DNA of 63,923 bases, filler included, from Lama guanicoe (GCA_013239625.1; 73 parts of 72 records of this genome joined end to end with filler, not necessarily neighbours in it), one strand, 5' to 3'. Positions 25,142 through 37,879 are shown, counted from the first letter of the whole stretch. Notes: generated from the sequence alone by a model not told the origin. Made by a program: numbers and translations.

Positions 25142-26004
25142 TCTATATTCTAAATTCTATATTCAGTATTATTTATTCAATATATTAATTCTGTGTTCTA
25201 ATTTCCATGTTCAAAATTCTGGGTTTTATATTCTCTATTCTGTATTCTATATTTTGTGTTCATCATTCTATATTGTATATTCTATATTCTGCATTCCGTA
25301 GTCTATATTCTATATTCTGTGTTCTACATTCTATATTCTAAATTATTTATTCAGTATTCTGTATTCTATGTTCTAAATTCTATATTCTGCATTCCATTTC
25401 TAAATTTTGGGTACTATATTCTGTATTCTATATTCTAATATTCTCTATTTTATATTCTACATGTTGTGTTCTTCATTCTTTATTCTACCTTCTATATTCT
25501 CCATTCCGTAGTCTATATTGTATATATTGTGTGTTATTCCATATATATTCTAAATTCTATATTAAGTATTTTTTATTCTATTTTCCTAATACTGTGTTGT
25601 GCATTTCTGTTTATAAATTCTATATACTGTATTCTGCATTCTATATTCTTAATTCTCTATTCTGCCTTCTATGTTCTAAATTCTATATTCAGTATTCTGT
25701 ATTCTATATTCCATATTCTTTGTTATACATTCTATATTCTAAATTCTATATTCAGTATTCTGTATTCTATATTCTATATTCTGTGTCTACATTCTATGTT
25801 CTTAGTTCGATATTCAGTATTCTGTATTGTGTATTCTAAATTCTGTGTTCTACATTCCATGTTCTAAATCTGGGTTCTATATTGTATATTCATATTCTAT
25901 ATTCAGTATTCAAGTATTCGATATATTCTAAATTCTGTATTCTGCATTCCATATACTTAATTTTGGGTTCTATATTCTGTATTCTATATTCTAAATTCTG
26001 TGTT
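25142..26004 (+). repeat. AT-rich heptamer satellite (CTATATT-type)
   Basis: TTC every 7 bp; CAGTATT marker at 25690, 25753, 25815. Confidence 0.95.
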
Positions 26005-26104
26005 NNNNNNNNNNNNNNNNNNNNNNNNNNNNNNNNNNNNNNNNNNNNTTAATTAATTAANNNNNNNNNNNNNNNNNNNNNNNNNNNNNNNNNNNNNNNN
26101 NNNN

Positions 26105-27661
26105 GTTGGAGGGGCGCAATCTTCTTGCCAATGGACACTGTGAGCAGCACAGATGAGGGGCCCAACAGAGCATGCTGAGTTCATGAAACAGGGCAAAGAC
26201 ACAAAGACCTCTCAATAAAACCATTAAGAGTGTTCAGTCTCTAGGAGAACACATCTTTGTTTTTTAAATCTTTTTATACCTGTTTTATTTTCTATTAGCT
26301 TTTTAATCTTTACTTTTTAAACAGTTCTATACGTTTACAATTTTCATTTCATTTTTAATTCTCTTGGATTTGATATGTTATTGATTATTCACAGGTTTTA
26401 AATATTGTGTTTTGATTTTTTTCTTCTTTTNNNNNNNNNNNNNNNNNNNNNNNNNNNNNNNNNNNNNNNNNNNNNNNNNNNNNNNNNNNNNNNNNNNNNN
26501 NNNNNNNNNNNNNNNNNNNNNNNNNNNNNNNNNNNNNNNNNNNNNNNNNNNNNNNNNNNNNNNNNNNNNNNNNNNNNNNNNNNNNNNNNNNNNNNNNNNN
26601 NNNNNNNNNNNNNNNNNNNNNNNNNNNNNNNNNNNNNNNNNNNNNNNNNNNNNNNNNNNNNNNNNNNNNNNNNNNNNNNNNNNNNNNNNNNNNNNNNNNN
26701 NNNNNNNNNNNNNNNNNNNNNNNNNNNNNNNNNNNNNNNNNNNNNNNNNNNNNNNNNNNNNNNNNNNNNNNNNNNNNNNNNNNNNNNNNNNNNNNNNNNN
26801 NNNNNNNNNNNNNNNNNNNNNNNNNNNNNNNNNNNNNNNNNNNNNNNNNNNNNNNNNNNNNNNNNNNNNNNNNNNNNNNNNNNNNNNNNNNNNNNNNNNN
26901 NNNNNNNNNNNNNNNNNNNNNNNNNNNNNNNNNNNNNNNNNNNNNNNNNNNNNNNNNNNNNNNNNNNNNNNNNNNNNNNNNNNNNNNNNNNNNNNNNNNN
27001 NNNNNNNNNNNNNNNNNNNNNNNNNNNNNNNNNNNNNNNNNNNNNNNNNNNNNNNNNNNNNNNNNNNNNNNNNNNNNNNNNNNNNNNNNNNNNNNNNNNN
27101 NNNNNNNNNNNNNNNNNNNNNNNNNNNNNNNNNNNNNNNNNNNNNNNNNNNNNNNNNNNNNNNNNNNNNNNNNNNNNNNNNNNNNNNNNNNNNNNNNNNN
27201 NNNNNNNNNNNNNNNNNNNNNNNNNNNNNNNNNNNNNNNNNNNNNNNNNNNNNNNNNNNNNNNNNNNNNNNNNNNNNNNNNNNNNNNNNNNNNNNNNNNN
27301 NNNNNNNNNNNNNNNNNNNNNNNNNNNNNNNNNNNNNNNNNNNNNNNNNNNNNNNNNNNNNNNNNNNNNNNNNNNNNNNNNNNNNNNNNNNNNNNTGGAA
27401 AGATATATTCAAAGTCCTGAATGAAAAAACAGATGCAGCCTAGGATACTTTCTGCAGCAAGGCTATCCTTTAGAATAGAAGGAGAGGTAATGAATTTCAC
27501 ACAGAAGAAAAACTAAATGACTTTACCAACACTAAACCCATGCTAAAAGAAATATTGTAAGGTATACTCTAAATAAAAAAGAAGCAAGATGATACAGAAA
27601 TGAGAGCTCATGACTGGAAAGGTGATAACTACCATGAATTACAAGTAGAATAAACATGAAA
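26105..27661 (+). mobile_element. L1 5' UTR end, gap, and ORF1 C-terminus
   Basis: From 27396: WKDIFKVLNEK..(frameshift)..QPRILSAARLSFRIEGE...KPMLKEIL (L1 ORF1p C-terminal domain); 5' part homologous to 34980-35044 and 38300-38460. Confidence 0.88.
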
Positions 27662-28417
27662 NNNNNNNNNNNNNNNNNNNNNNNNNNNNNNNNNNNNNNN
27701 NNNNNTTAATTAATTAANNNNNNNNNNNNNNNNNNNNNNNNNNNNNNNNNNNNNNNNNNNNCTCTCTTCTTTCTTTTCTGGCATCCTATAATTTTAGAAG
27801 TATTTGCATGCCTAAGCGATGGCTACAGCCCGTGATTATGCACTGTAGTGTTTGAAGCTGAGGAAGCCCAGATAATATTCACGGTGTACATGCAATCACA
27901 CCTACACACTGATAGGTGCCGTGGTGGTGGAGCTGATGTTACAAAGCAGGCAACCTTATTCTGTAAGAGAACTCTAAATAGAAAGTAAGAAATGCAATGT
28001 TGTGTACTCAACATTTGTTATATGGGCCATTGACTGATAGTATATCTTGACTAATGAAACCCAATAATAAATTGTCAACGTCGATTTTCTTCATCTGACC
28101 GTTTTATGCTAACTTTGATTATCAAACCCTCACTCCATAAGTAAACCTCAGGCCTAAGCTGCAGCACAGTTACATCCCGTGGAAGACAGCCGATCAAGGG
28201 AGAACTGGAGAGTTTCCTTTCAGAAGCTGCTAAGTGTGGTTTTGCACCTGTACGTCATATGTAACCATGTAATCAACAAAGGAGTAAGACCTAATAACTG
28301 TGGGGCAAAAAGCACTGNNNNNNNNNNNNNNNNNNNNNNNNNNNNNNNNNNNNNNNNNNNNTTAATTAATTAANNNNNNNNNNNNNNNNNNNNNNNNNNN
28401 NNNNNNNNNNNNNNNNN

Positions 28418-28657
28418 AAAGGAATGTGGAGGAGTAGGAGGAGGTGGAGGAGGAGGAGGTGGAGGAAGAGGAGGTGAACGAGATGGAGAAGGAGGAGGTG
28501 GTGGAGGAGGAGGAGGAGGTGGTGAAGGTGGAGGATGTGGAGGAGGAGGATGTGGAGGAGGAGAATGTGGTGGAGAAGGAGGAGGATGCGGAGGAGTAGG
28601 AGGAGGAGGTGGAAGAGGAGGAGGTGGAGGAGGTGGAGGAGGAGGTGGAGGAGGAAG
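28418..28657 (+). repeat. Degenerate (GGA)n polypurine tract 1
   Basis: Direct reading. Confidence 0.93.
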
Positions 28658-28849
28658 ATTAGTCATACCAATCACGATTGTGGGCTTCGGAAATTGACTG
28701 GTTCCTTTAATACTTGGCGCCCCAGACAAGACATTTCCCCGTATGAACAACATGAGCTTCTGGCTGCTACCCGCCTCATTCCTACTACTTCTAGCATCAT
28801 CCATTTGAAACCGGGTGAGGCACTGGTTAAACTGTTTACCCTCCCCTAG

Positions 28850-29005
28850 GAAGGTAGGAGGAGGTGAAGGAGGAGGAGGATGTGGAGGAGGATGTGGAGG
28901 AGTAGGAGGATGTGGAGGAGGTGGAGGTGGAGGAAGTGGAGGAGGAGAAGGAGGAGGAGGCGGAAAAAAGGAGGAGGAGGTGGAGGAGGAGGAGGTGGAG
29001 GAGGA
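28850..29005 (+). repeat. Degenerate (GGA)n polypurine tract 2
   Basis: Direct reading. Confidence 0.93.
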
Positions 29006-29389
29006 TTATTACAATAATCCTCAAGATTCTATCTGATTTCGGAAATAATATTTAATTAAAGCTACATCATACGCAACTGTTAACAAAGAAAGTAATTGCT
29101 GCCAGTCTTCCAGATAGCCTGCAATGAATTCAAGAGTTAAATTCTGGATAATTAAGTGGATAAATCAAGCTGGAAGTAGATTTACCACTGGTGCAGCATT
29201 TAGCCTGTAATGAAAAGATGCAGAAGTAGCGTTTCAATGCAATCTCAAAGTACGCTCAGTTCTTTCCAGGTTTCTAGGACCAGGAAGGGNNNNNNNNNNN
29301 NNNNNNNNNNNNNNNNNNNNNNNNNNNNNNNNNTTAATTAATTAANNNNNNNNNNNNNNNNNNNNNNNNNNNNNNNNNNNNNNNNNNNN

Positions 29390-30266
29390 TGCAGAACACA
29401 GATTTAGAATATATTATACAGATTACTGAATATAGAATATAGAATATAGAACTCAGAATATAGAAAATAGAATACTAAAAGCAGAAATTAGAATGTAGAA
29501 TCTATAATGAAGAACATAGAATATAGAATATATAAAAGAGAATATAGAACCCAGAATTTAGAAATAGAATGCAGAGAATAGAATTTACAATATATAATGC
29601 AAAATATTGAATACAGAAATTAGAATATGAAAGAGGAACAGAGAATATAGAATATAGAAAAGAGAATTTAGAACATGGAATGCAGAACACAGAATTTAGA
29701 ATATAGAATACAGAATACAGAAAATTGAATTTAGAAAATAGAAGGTAGAACACAGAATATATAATGAAGAATACGGAATGCAGAATATAGAATACAAATA
29801 TAGAATGTAGAAAACATAATATAAAATATGTAAAACAAAATATAGAATCCAGAATTTAGAACATTGAATGCAGAACACAGAATTTAGAATAAGAATACAG
29901 AACGCTGAATATAGGATTTAGACTATAAAATGTTGAACACAGGATATAGAATATAGAATAGAGGATGTAGAAACCAGAATTTAGAACATGGAATGGAGAA
30001 CACAGAATTTAGAATGTAGAATATGGAATACTGAATATAGAATTTAGAGTATAGAATAACAAAAAATTAAGAATACATAATACGGAATGCAGAATATAGA
30101 ATACAGAATATCGAATTTAGAAAACAGTATATAGAATATGGAAAACAGAACAGAGAACCCAGAATTTAGAAATGGAACTCAGAACACATAATGTAGAATA
30201 TAGAATAAAGAATACTATATATAGAATTTAGAATATAGAATGTAAAACACAGAATATAGAATATAG
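29390..30266 (-). repeat. AT-rich heptamer satellite
   Basis: GAA every 7 bp; shared variants tttagaacatggaatgcagaacacagaattt. Confidence 0.95.
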
Positions 30267-30843
30267 NNNNNNNNNNNNNNNNNNNNNNNNNNNNNNNNNN
30301 NNNNNNNNNNTTAATTAATTAANNNNNNNNNNNNNNNNNNNNNNNNNNNNNNNNNNNNNNNNNNNNATATGTTTCAGGTGTACAATAGCTGCTCCATTTA
30401 TAGTTACTGTAAAACTTTGGCTATATTCCCTGTATTGTAAGATACATCCCTCTAGCTTGTTTACATTACATGTTGCAGTTTGTGTAATAAAGTTGGGTAA
30501 CACAGAGTCTGGGACGTGGCTGTGTCTGACCCAGGTTCACGCTCACCCTGCCTGTCAGAGCTCAGGCCCTTACTAATGTCTGCAGGGGAGGGAGTTGAGG
30601 GAGCTCTCATCAGCGCTGGCACAACCCTCTGAGTGGCAGTGACAGCAGTGACTGTCTGTGGACGTGCAAAGTGTTGTTCCAAGAGCTTTACATGTGTTTC
30701 TGCATTTAATAATTAAAGCCCTCCTGTGAGGAAGCGTTTTATGTTTTTAATGAATAACACATTTTATTTTGATATTGATAGACTTCAACCTTACGGAAAA
30801 TTTACAGGAGTAGTATAATAAATGCTTAGATACAGTTCACCTT

Positions 30844-30942
30844 AAAGGGCACTATTTGGCCTTTTGTATCTGGCTTATTTTAGTATAAATTTAAAAGGGC
30901 ACTATTTGGCCTTTTGTATCTGGCTTATTTTAGTATAAATTT
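30844..30942 (+). repeat. Perfect 49-bp direct duplication (period 50)
   Basis: aaagggcactatttggccttttgtatctggcttattttagtataaattt at 30844 and 30894. Confidence 0.92.
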
Positions 30943-31029
30943 TCAAGTTTCATCCATATTGTAGCCTGAATCATTATTTTATTCTTTTTGTTTGATAATA
31001 TCCTTATTCTTTTTTTTCATTTTTGGCCT

Positions 31030-31183
31030 ATTTAAAAATATTTTCATTGAAGTCTAGTCAATTTACAATGTTGTGTCAGTTTCTTGTGTACAGCATAACA
31101 CTTCAGTTAAATAGGAACATACCTGTATTCAATCTCATATTCTTTTTGAACATGTTACTATAAGATATTAAATATATTCTCCT
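31030..31183 (-). mobile_element. L1 3' terminus
   Basis: cattgaagtctagtcaatttacaatgttgtgtcagtttct...gtacagca...gatattaaatatatt. Confidence 0.8.
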
Positions 31184-31283
31184 NNNNNNNNNNNNNNNNN
31201 NNNNNNNNNNNNNNNNNNNNNNNNNNNTTAATTAATTAANNNNNNNNNNNNNNNNNNNNNNNNNNNNNNNNNNNNNNNNNNNN

Positions 31284-32104
31284 CCATATTTTGTGTTCTT
31301 AATTCTATATTCTTCATTCTATATTCAATATTCTGTACTGTATATTCTAAATTCTGTGTTTTGCTTTCTATGTTCTATATTCTATATTCAGTATTCTGTG
31401 TTCAATATTCTAAATTCTGTGTTCTGCATTCTATTTTCTAAATTCTGGGTTCTGTATTCTGTTTTCCATAATCTATTTTCTGTTTTCTACATTCTATATA
31501 CTGTTTTCTATATTCTGAATTCCGTAATCTATATTCTATATACTGTGTTCTACATTCCTATTCTAAATTCGATATTAAGTATTCTGCATTCTATATTCTA
31601 AATTCTGTGTTCAACATTCCATGTTTCAAATTCTATGTTCTGTATTCTCTATTCTATATTCTATATTTTGTGTTATTCATTTTATATTCTAAATTCTATA
31701 TTCTGCATTCCGTATTCTATGTTCTATTTTCTGTGTTCTACATTCTATATTATAAATTCTATATTCAGTATTCTGTTTTCTATATTCCAAATACTGTGTT
31801 CTTAAAATACTGTGTTCTTTATTCTCTCTTCCATATTCTATATTCTGTGTTTTACATTCTATATTCTAAATCGTATATTAATAGACTGTGTTCTATATAC
31901 TAAATTCTGTATTCTACATTCTATATTCTAAATTCTACATTAAGTATTCTGTTTGCTATAGTTTAAATTCTGTGTTCTGTATCCCATGTTCTAATTTATG
32001 GGTTCTATATTCTGTACTCTATATTCAATATTCTGTGTACCACTTTCTATATACAAAAATCTATATTCAATATTCTGTATTCTATATTCTAATTTCTGTG
32101 TTCT
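31284..32104 (+). repeat. AT-rich heptamer satellite
   Basis: Marker spacings 63, 188, 189 and 126 bp. Confidence 0.95.
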
Positions 32105-32204
32105 NNNNNNNNNNNNNNNNNNNNNNNNNNNNNNNNNNNNNNNNNNNNTTAATTAATTAANNNNNNNNNNNNNNNNNNNNNNNNNNNNNNNNNNNNNNNN
32201 NNNN

Positions 32205-33253
32205 TGTTCCCAAAAAGCGAGATGAAGGACAGCTTTCCCACACGCTTAACTCTCAAAACTTAGCATGCAGAGAGACGTTCATTCATCTACCACAAAGGAA
32301 ACAGGTTGCAGGAGAAACACTTACTCTGGATTCTCTGTCTGTTTCCTAGTGCCGGTTTGAAGTTCCTGCAGTTTTCATTCTAAAACCGAGTTGGAGCTTG
32401 AACCTCCCCATATATATGTATGGANNNNNNNNNNNNNNNNNNNNNNNNNNNNNNNNNNNNNNNNNNNNNNNNNNNNNNNNNNNNNNNNNNNNNNNNNNNN
32501 NNNNNNNNNNNNNNNNNNNNNNNNNNNNNNNNNNNNNNNNNNNNNNNNNNNNNNNNNNNNNNNNNNNNNNNNNNNNNNNNNNNNNNNNNNNNNNNNNNNN
32601 NNNNNNNNNNNNNNNNNNNNNNNNNNNNNNNNNNNNNNNNNNNNNNNNNNNNNNNNNNNNNNNNNNNNNNNNNNNNNNNNNNNNNNNNNNNNNNNNNNNN
32701 NNNNNNNNNNNNNNNNNNNNNNNNNNNNNNNNNNNNNNNNNNNNNNNNNNNNNNNNNNNNNNNNNNNNNNNNNNNNNNNNNNNNNNNNNNNNNNNNNNNN
32801 NNNNNNNNNNNNNNNNNNNNNNNNNNNNNNNNNNNNNNNNNNNNNNNNNNNNNNNNNNNNNNNNNNNNNNNNNNNNNNNNNNNNNNNNNNNNNNNNNNNN
32901 NNNNNNNNNNNNNNNNNNNNNNNNNNNNNNNNNNNNNNNNNNNNNNNNNNNNNNNNNNNNNNNNNNNNNNNNNNNNNNNNNNNNNNNNNNNNNNNNNNCT
33001 CTCAAAACTGAGCATGTGGAGAGACGTTCGTTCATCTAGCACAAAGGGAACAGGTTGCAGAAGAAACACTTACTTTGGTTTCTCAGTCTGTTTCCTAGTG
33101 CCGGTTTGAAGTTCCTGCAGTTTTCACCGTCAAACAAATTGGAGCTTGTACCTCCCCATATATATGTATGGAGTGGAGTTTGCTACTGCAGAGAAACTTT
33201 GTGTTCCCAATAAGTTGTGTGAAGGACGGCTTTCACACACGCTTAACTCTCAA
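32205..33253 (-). repeat. Satellite 'Sat C' (~249-bp monomer)
   Basis: ctctcaa at 32999 and 33247; reverse complement of the 59779-61841 family. Confidence 0.93.
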
Positions 33254-33963
33254 NNNNNNNNNNNNNNNNNNNNNNNNNNNNNNNNNNNNNNNNNNNNTTA
33301 ATTAATTAANNNNNNNNNNNNNNNNNNNNNNNNNNNNNNNNNNNNNNNNNNNNGCAGGAACGAGTCTTAATGCGCATTTTTAATTTTGGGCACCCAGCTG
33401 CCTGGCAGGCACCTGTCCTTTCAGTCCTTTGGTGTTTGCCTTCTGCAAGTTCATGACTTCCTACTGTTGAGGCTTAGATACGAGTGGGTGCTTTTTTCTT
33501 CTTTTCTTTCATACAGAGTAAGTAAGTTCCATAAAAGTACACAAATCAATGAGGTCAAACTGTGAGACAAAGCTTTATGTTATGGGAACAAAATATGTTA
33601 TGGGAACAAAGTGTTAAATTGTATATTTGAGTCGTTAGCCTGACCTGACCCACAGACGGGGAAGCGCTACAGAAAACAGCACAGACGCACAGCGAGAAGT
33701 GTGCCCGTGACCTTGAACTCCTTCTCCTGGACATTTCTGTGAACTCAGACCCCTGCCCAGAGCTCAGCCCTTGGAGAAAATGACCCTGTTCTCCAGAACA
33801 GACTGTGCCTTGATTGCCAAGGTTTATAATCTTCCTCTGTTATGCAATATTAAACATTTCCTGNNNNNNNNNNNNNNNNNNNNNNNNNNNNNNNNNNNNN
33901 NNNNNNNTTAATTAATTAANNNNNNNNNNNNNNNNNNNNNNNNNNNNNNNNNNNNNNNNNNNN

Positions 33964-35044
33964 ACCTGCAAAACTCTGCCAGAACATTGTCCTCTTCAAT
34001 AGATAAAGGTGCCAAAAATCTGGTAGGAGAAATGAAGAAAGAAAGAAGAAAAGGCAAAATATAGTGGGACAGATCCCACGGGGAGGGAACAGCAAAGAAG
34101 GACTGGTGCTCATTCACTGTATCTCCCCTCTACAACTTAGAGTTTGGCAGGACGGAAGGGGAGCCTCCAAGGTTTGAACTTTACAAAGTATAATTTGACT
34201 GACAATTCTAAGTTAACAGGCACAGAGGATCACTCTGAAACACAGCCTAAAGTGCACCCCAGATGCAGGGGGCAGGGCCTTGCTGCCCGAGCTGGGAAGA
34301 AGATGGGGATGGCTGCACTGAGGCATCCCAGTGGAATGGAAAAGGCTTTGTGCCATTGCTGTGGGTGCAAAGGGAAGAACAACCTGGGCCTTCCATAAAA
34401 TGACAGGGCTGATGTGCCCTGTTGGGGGGAAGGGTACTATCCCCATCTCTGGAAATCTGCAAAAAGTTCTAGGTGAAGAGAGTTGGGGCTAAGACACAGC
34501 CACCATAACCTCTGGTGTTTTGCACCCANNNNNNNNNNNNNNNNNNNNNNNNNNNNNNNNNNNNNNNNNNNNNNNNNNNNNNNNNNNNNNNNNNNNNNNN
34601 NNNNNNNNNNNNNNNNNNNNNNNNNNNNNNNNNNNNNNNNNNNNNNNNNNNNNNNNNNNNNNNNNNNNNNNNNNNNNNNNNNNNNNNNNNNNNNNNNNNN
34701 NNNNNNNNNNNNNNNNNNNNNNNNNNNNNNNNNNNNNNNNNNNNNNNNNNNNNNNNNNNNNNNNNNNNNNNNGAAAGTACAGCAGTGCAGCAGAGTGACC
34801 GGCACCCTGAGGGTGCATGTGGCCCCCCACATTTTGGGCTGGAATGCAGCCCCTGACCATGGTGTTGGGAAAGGTTGTGATGCCCAATCCTGCCTTGTCA
34901 GTCTGCAACATCTGACTGCAGCATCAGGCAGAGCAGTGACAAGCCAGCCCATAGTAAAGAGAGCTGAACCTGTCCCAGTGTTGGGTTTAGGAGCTATCTG
35001 CTTGCCAACATGCCCTGGGAGCACCACAGATGAGGGCTCCAATG
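33964..35044 (+). mobile_element. L1 5' UTR (inferred)
   Basis: 3' part (gcaacatctgactgc...ctgggagcaccacagatgaggg) homologous to 38240 and 26105; the 26105 scaffold continues into L1 ORF1. Confidence 0.7.
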
Positions 35045-35199
35045 NNNNNNNNNNNNNNNNNNNNNNNNNNNNNNNNNNNNNNNNNNNNTTAATTAATTAA
35101 NNNNNNNNNNNNNNNNNNNNNNNNNNNNNNNNNNNNNNNNNNNNGGAAAGGGTGAGCTACAAGCATCCTTCTACTACACCATCTTGCCCTCCAACCCCC

Positions 35200-36054
35200 A
35201 AAAGTTTCACTGTATGGTGGAAGATAAACACAGCCTGGAAATAGATGGGAAAGATATTTCATGGAAATGACAAGAAAGTGCAGATTTCAATGCTCAAATT
35301 ATGCAAAATACATTTTAAAATAAGGGTCAGAATGAAAGAGAAATATGAGATTACATAANNNNNNNNNNNNNNNNNNNNNNNNNNNNNNNNNNNNNNNNNN
35401 NNNNNNNNNNNNNNNNNNNNNNNNNNNNNNNNNNNTCCTAAGTATGAAATATTAGTATATATGAAGTAATTAATTCATTATAAAACAATATTATTAGATG
35501 AGTTTAACACCTTAATATTCTGATGGCCATATCATTCAGAAAGAATATCTGTAAGGAAACAGTGTCATATTAGATCGTTTGAACTTTAATGAGCTATTGG
35601 AAACTGTATCAGAAAAGGAGAACACATAAGCTTCTCAAGTGTGTACAGTATGTTTTCTAAGGAATTAACCACAAATTATGTCATGAAATGAGCCTCAAGA
35701 TCTTTAAGCATATACAGTTTACAGGAAGTATTTTTCCATACACAAAATTATGAAACTATGCATCAACTCTAAAAAGAAGAACAAGAAAAGCACCAACATG
35801 AGATTTAACCACATCGTTTAAAAAAATAAAATAAAACAAGGTCAAAGATGAAATCAAAGAGGTAAGAAAATCATACCTCGGAACAAATTACAATGAAAAC
35901 ACAGCTTCATTAAATGTATGAGATGAAGTAAAGGCAAATCTAAGATGGAAGTTTAGAACAACACAAGAGTTCTACAAGGAAAAAGAAAAACCTCACACAA
36001 AAGATCAAGCATACCACCCAAAATAACTAGAAATAAGAACCAACAAAACCCAAA
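35200..36054 (+). mobile_element. Degraded L1 ORF2 endonuclease region
   Basis: gatgggaaagatatttcatggaaatg...gtcaaagatgaaatcaaagagg...aatgaaaacacagc. Confidence 0.75.
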
Positions 36055-36154
36055 NNNNNNNNNNNNNNNNNNNNNNNNNNNNNNNNNNNNNNNNNNNNTT
36101 AATTAATTAANNNNNNNNNNNNNNNNNNNNNNNNNNNNNNNNNNNNNNNNNNNN

Positions 36155-36384
36155 GCACAAACTAAGGAAGGTGGGTGACCTCTGTAAACTGGAAAAAGAA
36201 AACGAAACAAGGAAACATTCTGTTCTAGACCCTCTAGAAGGAAGGAACCCTGCTGGTACCTTGAATTTAGCCCAAGGAGAACTGTGTTGCATCTCTGACC
36301 TCCACAGCCATAAGCTGATAATTCTGTGCTAGTTTAAGCTATTAAGCTTATGGAAATTTGTTACAGTGGTAATAGGAAAATAAC
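36155..36384 (+). mobile_element. MaLR LTR (MLT1-type) 3' half
   Basis: ctagaccctctagaaggaa...accttgaatttagccca...tctgacctcca...tttgttacagtggtaataggaaaataac. Confidence 0.85.
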
Positions 36385-36698
36385 NNNNNNNNNNNNNNNN
36401 NNNNNNNNNNNNNNNNNNNNNNNNNNNNNNNNNNNNNNNNNNNNNNNNNNNNNNNNNNNNNNNNNNNNNNNNNNNNNNNNNNNNNNNNNNNNNNNNNNNN
36501 NNNNNNNNNNNNNNNNNNNNNNNNNNNNNNNNNNNNNNNNNNNNNNNNNNNNNNNNNNNNNNNNNNNNNNNNNNNNNNNNNNNNNNNNNNNNNNNNNNNN
36601 NNNNNNNNNNNNNNNNNNNNNNNNNNNNNNNNNNNNNNNNNNNNNNNNNNNNNNNNNNNNNNNNNNNNNNNNNNNNCATGTTGGGGAGAGTTAGCCGA

Positions 36699-36938
36699 TG
36701 TGTGGACTGAATGTTTGCATCCCCTCAAAATCCATATGTCGAAACCCCATCTCCCAGGGTGATGGTATTGGGAGGCGGGGCCTTTGGGAGGTGATTAGTA
36801 GGATAAAATGAGGTCATTAGTGTAGAGCCCTCATGAATGATATTAGTGTTTTTATACAGGGCCCCAGAGTGCTTGTTTCTCTCTGCTCACTGGCCCATGA
36901 AGATAGTGGGAAGACAGCCATCTTCGAGCTGGCAATCC
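36699..36938 (+). mobile_element. MaLR LTR (MLT1A/MST-type) 5' half
   Basis: tgtgtggactgaatgtttgcatcccctcaaaatccatatgt...ggggcctttgggaggtgattag. Confidence 0.85.
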
Positions 36939-37038
36939 NNNNNNNNNNNNNNNNNNNNNNNNNNNNNNNNNNNNNNNNNNNNTTAATTAATTAANNNNNN
37001 NNNNNNNNNNNNNNNNNNNNNNNNNNNNNNNNNNNNNN

Positions 37039-37455
37039 AAGGAGAGGCTGGGCTGGGCTAACAAGATAACTCACAAAACTAAGTATTGGAATACTGATCT
37101 GAGTTATGCTGGACTAACTTGCAAATCTAAGTTAATTAGTGTTGGTTTGCTGTTCATGTGTTTTTTGCTAGCCAGCTGGATTTTAAAAGATACATATCTG
37201 GCTTTGGAATGTTGGTTTGCTGCCTCCCTGCCTCCAATTTTGTGATAATGGTGCTACTAAAGCTATCCCATGCCTATTGATATTGGCCGAATACCCCAAG
37301 CTTGTACTTTACCCTATAAAACCTAATGCGCATGTCTTGGAGGTGCTCAGAGCTTTGGAGCAGAAGCCCCTCTGAGCCCTCCGGTGTAATACAACTCAGT
37401 ACTCCAACTCTCCGAGTGGTCCTTGTTTCTTGGCTAGCCTGTCGTTTCTGTAACA
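37039..37455 (+). mobile_element. ERV LTR (U3-R-U5 end)
   Basis: ccctataaaa TATA near 37315, aataca polyA-signal variant, terminal tgtaaca. Confidence 0.65.
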
Positions 37456-37648
37456 AAGTCATTAACAAGATATTGAACTTTTGTTAAAAATAAGTGCATG
37501 TTTCACCCTGAGAGGTGAGTTTGAAAACAAATTTTGAACAACTCACGCNNNNNNNNNNNNNNNNNNNNNNNNNNNNNNNNNNNNNNNNNNNNTTAATTAA
37601 TTAANNNNNNNNNNNNNNNNNNNNNNNNNNNNNNNNNNNNNNNNNNNN

Positions 37649-37847
37649 TGTCCATTGATAGATGACTGGATAAAGAAGTTGTGGTATATTTATACAACTG
37701 AATGCCACTCAGAGATTAAAAAAAAAGAATAAAATAATACCATTTGCAGCAACATGGATGGATCTGGAGATTGTCATTCTAAGTGAAGTAAGCCAGAAAG
37801 AGAAAGAAAAATACCATATGATATTACTCATATGAGGAATCTAAAAA

Positions 37848-37879
<32 letters not shown>

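Noticed and set aside
25466..25867. Hydrophobic F/Y/I/L/S-rich ORFs resembling membrane proteins (also 481-767, 31293-32160, 50543-50950)
   Set aside because: Translations of the heptamer satellite; they occur in multiple frames.
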